Source: Owenia fusiformis
Taxonomy: Eukaryota
Direction: 5' to 3'
Assembly (NCBI GenBank): GCA_903813345.2
Contig: CAIIXF020000001.1
Location: forward strand, 48,236,001-48,300,000
Length of the DNA: 64,000 nt
The position numbers were made by a program, and so were the translations under genes. Positions 10,601 through 20,105 of this stretch are shown piece by piece (the first letter of the stretch is position 1; the number at the start of each line of letters is the position of its first letter). A model generated the notes under the pieces. It was given only the letters and a program-made list of their open reading frames with translations. It had not been told where the DNA came from and searched no databases.

Positions 10601-13600
10601 AAAGCATAGTTCTCTACAGTAGCAGTCAAAAACAACATCTATCATATTGAATACTGATTCATTTCATTTCTTTCACTCTAATCATTTATGAATTTAAACT
10701 TGGAAAGTAATGTGTGCTTAACTAAGTTTATCTATATTGAGTCCTTATGTATTGTAACTACTATTGGATATGTACATGTCATGTATGCACAAAAATATTA
10801 AGAAAACATTGTCTGTGAATATCTATTACTAAAAATAAATAAAATACAAAATAGCAAGCACCAAAACACTCAAATTTTGAATAATGGACAAAGTGGTAAA
10901 TGAAAATATTGGTGCTTTAGATGTTTATGAACTTTACAGAAGGTAGTGTTAGACTTGAAGTGTTCTGTATAGAAGAGTGGTAGAATGTGGTGAAAGCAGA
11001 ACAGCACTGCACGCTAACAGAGAGAAAGTTTGTTGTTACGTTGGCAACCTAGTTTACCTGGTACCCAGCCTCCTGGTCCTTAAGCCAAGGAACACTGAGC
11101 GGATAAGCTTCCCAAATGATGCAGGATTCATGGGATCCATTTTTTGTTCCTGACAGTGTCGTAGATAATGACTATACAGAGTGCTTCTCGGCAGACTGAC
11201 TCCTTCAGCAGTTTCATAGTTATCAATAAGCCATTGCACCTATAGTTGTAACAAAACACGTCTGGATTATAACTACCAGGGCCAGTCTCTTCATCGCCAT
11301 GGCAACCAGGTGTCACCATGACGACACTGCAGAGACTATGCCTTTTATGTGAGCCAGAGTAATCACCTCCCCCCACCTCCCGAAGTAGCTGAGCCCAACA
11401 TAATGCATAGTCATCACACATCACAGAGCCATGTACAGTGAGTGAAACCTATGTCAGTATATGGATGTCAATACAAAGTCAGTATAGTACCTGGTCCCTA
11501 GGCGGCGAGTACGGAGTCCCACAAAGATGGAACGTATAAGCTTTCCAAAGAGAGGTGGACTCATGGGATCAAGCTTCTCCTTCGAGCAGTGTCGCATATA
11601 CAGGTTGTATAGTGTTGCTCGCGGCAGACTCAAACCCTCACATGTTTCAAAATTATCGACTAGCCACTGCACCTGCACGGGGCAAATAGAGCATGTACTA
11701 CATATCATAGAGCTGATCTCAGCACTGTCCACACATTCAATCATAATCTAAATCTAAACACACAGTATCAAAAGTGTATTTAGATTAAGAAATGAATGGC
11801 AGAATTCACATTGACAATGCTTTCTAAATGATTAATCTGCCACCAAATAGCATGCTTCATACTTACAGTACATCCAATTAACTAAAATCATCATATCATG
11901 CAATGTCTTACAGCCCCCAATGCAAGCTAGGAGTATATGTACCTACAATACATTAACCGCATGCCGTTATGTACTAACCCATAAATATATCAACTGACCA
12001 TGCAAAAACATCCATATAGCATAGGTTGATCACATACATAGCAAAGTATTCACGATATAAATTGAAAACTAAGTGAAGCATGGTGTGCAAATGTTGACAA
12101 TAATGAAAAGTTAATTTCTTTATGGTTCAACACTCCCCTCCCCATTATAACTTATAAGTTGAAAAGTTATTTGCCTCTTACTTGAATTTTTCAAAAAATG
12201 AACATTCTTTACTGAGGAGTCATCCACCCTCTCAAGCCTAATGTAGTTTACTGTTAACATTTGAACACCATCCCTTAAGACTCTTAAGATTGCAACTACT
12301 GTAAAGCATAAAACCAAAATCCCTATTCCCAAATGAAAGCATAACCAACGGTAATTTAAACAATAACCTATTTCACAATGCTTAAATGTGATCATGAATT
12401 GTTTTGCTAGAGATGTGATTGTTAAACAGTCTGCATTATTTTAGCTGTATTATCTGTCCCTATCATGCATGTTAGTGTACTTGAGCTACAGTGAGAGAGG
12501 GGCTGCAGTCCATGATACAACAGTATAGAGTTAAGTACCATGATGCCTGCTACAGAAAACTGCAACCCATCTCTCAAAGATAGTCAACATGCGATTGAGG
12601 TTAGAACTTAGGCTTGAATTTTGTAGGATAATTATTATGCATACATATTATACATGCATAGTAATCTATGTGTTATTTTATTACATTTAAGCATCTACAA
12701 TGATCCAACCATTATTACATGTGCCAGGATAATTCAAAGCAATAAATGAATGAGAAAATAAACATTTCATAACTAATATCTCTTCTGAAACAAGCACCAG
12801 AGGCAAAGCATTAAGTCTCTTTCTACTCATAAATGCCATGGTCACATTTGGTCCGATTTCCAGTACCAGCGCCTGGCTAGATGAGTATTTTGTCCAAAAC
12901 CCCATTCAGGTTTCATTGGCCACGCGCCTTTGTTGGAGATTGGAGCAAATGAGACCACGGCATTAAATGAGACATTTCACAATTAGCTAAATGGGTACAT
13001 ATGCACATGGCTGAATCAACAGCATTTTAAAATCTTTAAATTAGTTTAGAATTAGAATACAATTATGTTTTCCAAAGTCCAACACTTGGTCAATGGTGCT
13101 TAGCTAGCCACTTAGGAACAACCTTTTCATGTAGTCACAAATAGTAATATACCATTTTACAGCAATGTAATATCCAATCAACAAATCTTAATACAAACAT
13201 GTTACTGACATGCTTGGGCATTCAAGATTGACATCTATCTAAATACAATACAAATATTAAATGATATCAAGTTGAATACGTTTGTTAATGTACAGTATGT
13301 CACACTTTTTTAATATCATAGGTTATGTATTGGACTGTCATTGTCATCCCAAGATACTCAATATGTCAGGAACATATATTAGATGTCTGACAATTGTGTT
13401 AATTGGTTACTACAACTGAGCTTTTTTAATATTACTGAGAAGTAACACATGATCCAACCTTAAACATCACCATGCAAAAATAAAATTTTCTAAAGGACAT
13501 ATACATTTATACAAGCAACTAGACTAAATGGTTCATTCCTATAACCCTACCCAAAAAATACAACGGATTTCTCAATAATAGATTATAAACCATAATTTCC

Positions 13601-16600
13601 AAATCTTTAGATAACTCTAAAAACAGGGAGAAACCAACAAAGCATTTAAGTAGATCATGAATATTTCAGAAATCATGTGATAAATGTTACATTATGGTTG
13701 TGGAAATCCTCTTGTATAAACCATGCAGTGGAATGATATGTAAACTTACAGTGGCTGGGGATGCTCGAGTAGTGTGTGTCAAAGGATGTCCTTCCCCATC
13801 CATGGTACCACCCTGTACCAAATATGTACCACCCTGATGGGTCAAGATCTGACCCTGGAGACCACCCATCTGAAATAAATGGTGGAATGGTTTCAATACA
13901 GTTTATACATTGCATATTTTATGCTCAGCATATTGTTAGCTTCATATTATGAAAGTTGATCAAATGAATTTTCCTTGGCAAAAAAACATAAACAATGGTA
14001 TCAACATGACAAAATGTCACCACCTAACTGCATATTCAAAAGTGTACCACTTGTTACATATGGCAAAGTCATACGTCTCAAAAAATGGTGGCTGAAACAA
14101 TACCTCTTTAATTCATGATACTCATATGGAAATAAAGTTACTATTTCAGATATTTTAAGACAAGATATAGATAACTAATGTTTACCTGCACTGTGCCAGT
14201 GCCTTGAAAATAGTTCCCAGAGACTGGAGTATACATGGTCGCCTGACCGTATTGCTCATAAGATTGCCTACAACATATAAAGATGTGTGAAACTTTGGAT
14301 TCATGTAGACCAATACTAAGAATTCTGTTCATTAACAAGGCATATTTTAATGTACATCGGCAAAAAAAATAGAGATCAATACACAATAGATGTGAGCTGT
14401 ACAAAATCAATCACTAATTTCCTGATTGTTGCATGTTATTAAATGTAATCAAAATAACATTCCCCAAATTGATGGCGCAATAATTTCGATTCGAAATTGC
14501 ATGTTGAATTTAAAATGAAAATGTACTGTGCTAACATCATACAGCAAAAAATGAGAGATCATATTAAACCTAGGCCACTATCTACTTTAGAAGATGTAAA
14601 AAGCTCCATTTAGAACTTTTTGATGTACAATACATAATTATGTATATGGCCCATCATCTTAGTAGAATCTAAATAAACAAGGTCAAGCTAAGCACTGTTT
14701 CAAAGGGTACCCTATATCAGTAATAAAGCTCATTAAAAGCAAAAGTAACATATTAATAAAAGTATGTATTATTATCAACAAAATAAACAAGATTTGAGAT
14801 AATGCTATAAGGTGAGAGTCAAGATATACCACTTGGCTGAAATGTCTTCGAAAATAAAATGTGGCCTACAAAGAATGAACCTAGTATGTAAAAATTGCTA
14901 TAAATCATGTGAAAGTCTATAGATTATAAGCAAATCCACAACCCAATCACCACAGTTTAATAAATAAACCTCTACTTAACAAATCAACTGAGAAATTAAT
15001 CTTCATAAAGGTTTAGAATTTGAACCTTCTTAAGGTAAAGAAGAATGAAGTTCTAATTAATATAGACGCACATATAAACCAGTTAATACTGAATATGTGT
15101 GGACTGTGGAATGAGAACTTCACTTTCAAATGTCCTTTAAGATAAGTTGGTTTAAAAGGTTGAATGTTACTTAGAAATATGGAAATATATCAAACACAAC
15201 CTACCACAAATATGAAATCCACAGTTTCAGGAAAGTTTAAAATGTGTACATGTCTCTTAATTACCTATCAGATTTCAACTCACCAAATTTCACAAATTAA
15301 TTTCATCACATATTTTGCATCAAATAAAATCATTAAGCCACAAATCTTTTATATCAAGAAAAGAAATTGCAGCCACTAAAATAATGGTAGGTTGTGACGA
15401 TAAAGCAAACCAAGTACCATGTGTGGTGATAAATACACGAGGCTTAAGCTGAAGCTGTCCCGACAGACAGTACAGGCATTTATAGACTGATAGATGGTTA
15501 TATTTAATCTTAAACATAGGTGGGTAATGGGTTGGGTTAGATACTCTGCCACACAAGCACTCAACTGTCATCTGAAGATACAACAAACATGTATTACAAT
15601 GGACTTCAGTAAAAACAAATTGGAATAACAATGTAGAAGTCGTAATATTTTGCAAGGTAATTTGAAATCGCAGACACTCAAGAGAAATCTTTAATTAACA
15701 CATAGAATTCTTTCAGAGACTTTTTAGAATAGTCAAGTGTAACACCCTGAAGGCTTGAAATAGGAGCACAAAACTGTAGATTTAGTTCCACAAAAGATTT
15801 GGATGGATCAATCATTCACATCAAAACTCCAAACAAATAGATATAAAACACGCTGAAACATTTTGCTCGTGTACATGTGCTTGTGTGTAGAGTGAGGAGT
15901 AGTGAAGGGAGCGTACATCTGTCCGTTAGTGGCAGCATGAAGACTAGGGTCCGGTTCTACATACTGTACATGAGCCGGGTAGACGCTCTGGGCAGCAGCT
16001 TGCTGCAGGGTAACTGTCTCTTGGGATTGATCAAGCTCCTGTCCACCAGAACCAGAAACTGTAAACAACAATTCAACATTTCACTCGAGGCTATGGTGTT
16101 TGTTTATTAGCACTCTATTGAGTTTTGACTGACCATTGGATTTTCGAAAATCAATATCAATCATCCATTCTGTCTGATGACCATGACATGTAGGATATTT
16201 CTGCTCTCAATATTACAAAAGCTGTAGCAACTTTTAGACAAGTACTCTCCACCATCGAATACTTTTTATATTGACTTTCTTCTTCAAACCAGTAAGTTGT
16301 GAATTTTGAAATTCATGAATATTTTGTGATTTTACCAGTCAGATTTTTTCTGAACATTGTCACAAGAACACTTAAACCTATTTACCTGCAGTGGTGACAA
16401 TAAATTGTTGACCAGAGTGGGCCTGGGCTGGCTGGATGATTGTTGTAGTTCCAGGTTTCTGGTTGTTACTGGCCTACAATAATACACTGAAGTAGTAACA
16501 CACCATCTGTCATGTCTAAATATGCAATGTAAAATCAAAATGCAATCCAAAAAATTAATCCAAAATTAATAATGTTAATCCAATAAACATGCACATTGTA

Positions 16601-17977
16601 TCCATTGTCTAATAATCCAAATAAAAATCTGATCTCAAGAAAATCATATTTGAATATCTAATCTTGAGTGATTGCTTCATAAATAAACTATGATCTTGAT
16701 GAACTATTACTTAAATCCACAGAGGTACTCATTTTCATTACTTATATTATTTCATTTCTAAATATTGTATATTCTTAAACTGATCAATGAAACAAGCATC
16801 AAATTACCAAGGTGATTTCTAGGGTCATAGTTGCTGTTCAAAGATAATTTATTTTCACTTGGTAACAGTTGTTGTGAAGCCATAGCAACGATAGGCAACT
16901 AAGAGTATCTGGGAGCCATTAATCAAGTGTACAATGTACAGGTGAGGGCACTATCAGTAAAAATTATAAAGTAGGAAATGAAACTTTTAATCTTGTGATA
17001 TTTTATTAAAAAAGCTGTATCACATGGATGTTCTAAACCCTTTAAAATGCACGGTAGGTCAAAATATAATACATGGTAGATCAAAATAGATGTGTACATA
17101 ACCTATATGACTGATAAAATACAAATCAAGAGGAGCAACTCATTAATTTCTCATTTTAATTCATTCAGAAAAAGAACTGTTCACACAAGATTCTTCTTTG
17201 TAATTCAAGTGCCTTTGTTTTCAAACCATTCTAGCATGTTTCTAACATTTTTATTTGAACAATTTCTCCATCCCCACATTTATATTATTTAGTAGACTTG
17301 AGTGCTTGTATCTAGGATAACTCTATTGCTATGCAAATATTAATATTTAATCTCTATGGTAACTTGGCAACCACCACTTTAATGTTTCTCTTATCATGGC
17401 AATGGCACAAAGGAGAAAACATATCAAAATGTGGTTGAATTTCAATTGGTTTGACTTTTAAAATAAAATAACTCTAAACCTTACAGGACTATATCTCACA
17501 ATTCTAATCTCAAAACCTGCCAATGCTTTATGTATAGACACTATATCATTCATGATAAATGAAATGAAAAATTACATCATTATCTTATTTCATATGTAAT
17601 TGTAGCAGTTAAACCAGATGTCTAACACTTTATATCTGATATCTGACAATAATTATGTTCATCTTTCACACAACTGTAGAATACATTTGGTAGTCTCCAT
17701 ATATAACATGTACACAAATTTTCATCGTGAGAAATATTGATGCATTTTTAGAAAATAGCTACCTTTTTACAATACTACATGTTTCCCCATGAATACCACA
17801 GAGTAGGGACAAAATAAAGAACTTCAACAAGTTGTGTGTAGTTATGACAAATCTGCAAACTAATGATAAAATAAAAGTTCACATACTAGATTAGATATAA
17901 AAACTCACTTGTACAGATTGTTGTATGGTAGTTGCATTCATAGCCTGCATGTCAGATACAAAAGACTGGCTGGCCAT
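4315..17977 (-). CDS. RFX1/2/3: RFX1/2/3-type (DAF-19-like) winged-helix transcription factor, spliced CDS of 14 coding exons per isoform, ~745 aa
   Basis: Phase-consistent GT-AG exon chain: 17977-17909, 16473-16386, 16058-15917, 14267-14186, 13869-13750, [11672-11491 or 11239-11058], [9382-9263 or 9212-9105], 7455-7233, 6909-6824, 6560-6412, 6161-5914, 5808-5600, 5208-5055, 4680-4315; 2238 nt with 8a. Contains the RFX DBD ([11 protein letters not shown]...[19 protein letters not shown]) and the B, C and dimerisation domains ([65 protein letters not shown]). Confidence 0.95.
5055..5208 (-). CDS. RFX1/2/3: RFX dimerisation-domain exon
   Basis: [38 protein letters not shown]...PIAVMGE; AG/GT boundaries, alternative donor at 5046. 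Confidence 0.95.
5600..5808 (-). CDS. RFX1/2/3: RFX dimerisation-domain exon
   Basis: [42 protein letters not shown]...[12 protein letters not shown]; tttcag/gtaagt boundaries; absent from ORF track. Confidence 0.95.
5914..6161 (-). CDS. RFX1/2/3: RFX C/dimerisation-domain exon
   Basis: [17 protein letters not shown]...[20 protein letters not shown]...[11 protein letters not shown]. Confidence 0.95.
6412..6560 (-). CDS. RFX1/2/3: RFX C-domain exon
   Basis: [12 protein letters not shown]...[17 protein letters not shown]; ttgtag/gtatgt boundaries. Confidence 0.93.
6824..6909 (-). CDS. RFX1/2/3: RFX B-domain exon
   Basis: [28 protein letters not shown]; ttccag/gtaagt boundaries. Confidence 0.92.
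7233..7455 (-). CDS. RFX1/2/3: RFX exon between the DBD and the B domain
   Basis: [12 protein letters not shown]...[19 protein letters not shown]...LYKEHCE|gtatgt; acceptor ambiguous (aag giving start 7455, or an in-frame tag about 33 nt further upstream). Confidence 0.85.
9105..9212 (-). CDS. RFX1/2/3: RFX DBD C-terminal exon, variant 8b (putative mutually exclusive)
   Basis: ttgcag|G AAC AAT TCA AAG TAT...ACA AG|gtcagt; (R)[35 protein letters not shown](R); 108 nt, phase 2-2. Confidence 0.88.
9263..9382 (-). CDS. RFX1/2/3: RFX DBD C-terminal exon, variant 8a (putative mutually exclusive)
   Basis: ttgtag|G GGA AAT AGC AAG TAT...CGA AG|gtaggt; (R)[39 protein letters not shown](R); 120 nt, phase 2-2; frame absent from ORF track. 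Confidence 0.92.
11058..11239 (-). CDS. RFX1/2/3: RFX DBD main exon, canonical variant 7b
   Basis: ctatag|GTG CAA TGG...ACC AG|gtaaac; [60 protein letters not shown](R); 182 nt. Confidence 0.95.
11491..11672 (-). CDS. RFX1/2/3: RFX DBD main exon, divergent variant 7a
   Basis: gtgcag|GTG CAG TGG...ACC AG|gtacta; [60 protein letters not shown](R); 182 nt, same phases as 7b. Confidence 0.9.
13750..13869 (-). CDS. RFX1/2/3: RFX exon preceding the DBD
   Basis: [21 protein letters not shown]...[10 protein letters not shown]|gtaagt; TTRASPAT is the conserved RFX1-3 pre-DBD motif. Confidence 0.93.
14186..14267 (-). CDS. RFX1/2/3: RFX N-terminal (activation region) exon
   Basis: [27 protein letters not shown]; ttgtag/gtaaac; phases fit neighbours. 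Confidence 0.85.
15917..16058 (-). CDS. RFX1/2/3: RFX N-terminal exon
   Basis: [10 protein letters not shown]...[10 protein letters not shown]...TNGQ; YPxxVQYVE is characteristic of the RFX1-3 activation region. Confidence 0.9.
16386..16473 (-). CDS. RFX1/2/3: RFX N-terminal exon
   Basis: ttgtag|[29 protein letters not shown]|gtaaat, phase 0-1. Confidence 0.8.
17909..17977 (-). CDS. RFX1/2/3: RFX first coding segment (exon probably starts at 18021)
   Basis: [23 protein letters not shown]|gtgagt; strong polypyrimidine acceptor tgttttttgtgtttttag ending at 18022. Confidence 0.75.
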
Positions 17978-19691
17978 TACAAGCTACAACCTTGTTCTAA
18001 TACTTGGATACACTTTTTATCCTAAAAACACAAAAAACAACATTTGCAAACCTTTTCATTATATAACTACATTTTCTTGGAATAAATGGACAGTCAAAAA
18101 TGGATAGATTTGTGAAGAAAATTGATTGAATCGTCTTTTAAAAAATTGCAGAATTTTGCTTTTTTTTTATTTTGACCAGAATTTTGATTTATTCCTTGCA
18201 AAATTTCGCTTTTTTCTTGCGGAATATTTTTTCCAGTTTTCAAATGAAAGACAAGTTGGGTGCAAAATGTGGCCGAGTTCCGTTACAAACTCTTGAGTAA
18301 TTTTAATGGTCTACAATTTAAAGTTTTAGTTTTACTTATACCTAGATTATTAGTTGAGCAGATATTTTAGATACGTTAATTATAAAAGGACACAATTTAA
18401 TGACCTACATTTTTTACTTTAAAAAATACAATAAAGATCTTTAGGGCCGATTTACGACTCAACTGTGTGCTTAAATTTGTGATCACAAAATTTGAAATCA
18501 TATGGGTCACTTGGAAGAAGGAGGTACGAGTTCTGGGTGCCTTTGTTTGGAGGATGGACTTTTCTTTATCTTAGGAGGATATTTTCTACCAGAAACCAAA
18601 ATGGCATTCTTGATGGAAAGAATGACGTTAAAAAATTGCTGAACTTTCTCATTCGGAGATTTTGTGAATTTCTGTCAAAATTGCCATTTAGATTTTGGTT
18701 TTTTGGCAGAAAATATCCACTCAAGGGTAAAGAAAAGTTCTAATCGACACAGAAGCAAGTGTCAGATAACTTAGACTTTCACAAATGGAGATGTAAGGGT
18801 TAAAGATTGAAGACATACGAGGGCTCTGCGATCTTTCATACAAACCCCTGTGGGTGAGCTAAGACTAGGCTAGGTCTAGGCCTAACTCAATTTTTTCATG
18901 TCATTTTAGCTTAGCCTAAATTTCATGTAGGCTAAAGGCTAAAGGTAAAATAACCTAACCCTGCACTGTTTAAGTTACATAACAATATATATACATCGAT
19001 CCCGGCCGGATACCTCATTCGAAGCATCTTGTTTTTCTTTAACTTTTTTTTTATCACTAATGAACGTTATTCAAGCAATACTGCGTTGATAAGAGGCCAA
19101 AACAGTGATATTTTATTGCCGGGCTGTTGTCTGTCCAAATCTGAATGGTGCTCCTGTGATTCTAGAAATGTGACATCAGAATTAAGCTACAATGATATTT
19201 GGACACACAAGAGCCCGGATCAAGTGAAAAACTATTTGCCGTATTAAAAGTCAAATTACTGCGTCCATAGATTATTTAATCGAACCAAAAAGTAGAAATA
19301 GAAAGATGAATATCTCAGCCATAAATTAAGTAGGGATGTCACGGTTTCCCGATATTTTCCCAACTAGTGTACCGAAGATTTCGGTCCATGTTCAGGATGT
19401 ACTAATTCTCCCGTATATGACCCTAAAACGTCGCAAATGCACTATAAATATGATCTTAACTAGAATTTTCTTTCGTTTTTACTACTTATCTGTCAGATTA
19501 CGTTCATGCGTAAATGCCATCGAGTGGCCAATACTGTAAGTGATTAGAATAAACGAAAATTCAGGACAGAACATGTAGTTTTATCGATAACAGTGTTTTA
19601 AACTTATTAACTATTTTATTGGTTATGTCCTGTCCCGAATGTCGCGTAATGGATAATTCCCGTCCCGTCATATCTTTGTCCCATAACATAC

Positions 19692-19950
19692 CTAAAATTA
19701 AGTGCAAAATCTGTCACTGGTGGAACGTTGAAGTATACCTTCTTGTGAAGTGGTTTTCTCCAACTTCCAGCAGGCGCGCTGGAATAAGTTAACGGTATTT
19801 AAGAAAATAATTGAATGTAACTTGCCCTTTTCATGACGCGTGGCGATAATAAGTCCTACTTGTTGTGTATTTTGAAATTAAAGTGGAGAAATTCCAGATC
19901 TGGTACGTACCATTTTTTAACTTGCGCATGCGTACACATGCGCATTGTAC
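19692..19950 (-). promoter_or_regulatory. Candidate RFX proximal promoter and non-coding first exon
   Basis: Donor TTAG|gtatgt at 19692; local CpG enrichment; NRF1-like TGCGCATGCGTA at 19923-19934 and a further ATGCGCA. Confidence 0.5.
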
Positions 19951-20105
19951 TTTACAGGCACATGGCACGGTTATGGGAAGTCCTCCATATATTGTACTTA
20001 TATTATTTCTCAGGTTACGCAGCTTCCATCCAAAATAAAAAATATGTATTTTTAAAATAAATTATTTGTCTAGTTTTCGTTAAACAAATATCCTGAGACA
20101 CATAG

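Noticed and set aside
11243..11275. Hairpin masking the 7b acceptor
   Set aside because: Only 8 of 9 mostly A-U pairs; too weak to claim without folding and conservation analysis
11058..11672. Two DBDs in tandem in one protein, or a second RFX gene
   Set aside because: Joining 7a to 7b frameshifts, the order is 7a-7b-8a-8b rather than 7-8-7-8, and all other exons are single copy
16474..16515. ATG at ~16513 as the RFX start
   Set aside because: Meets a stop or needs a ~30-nt intron; the exon at 17977-17909 gives a phase-consistent start
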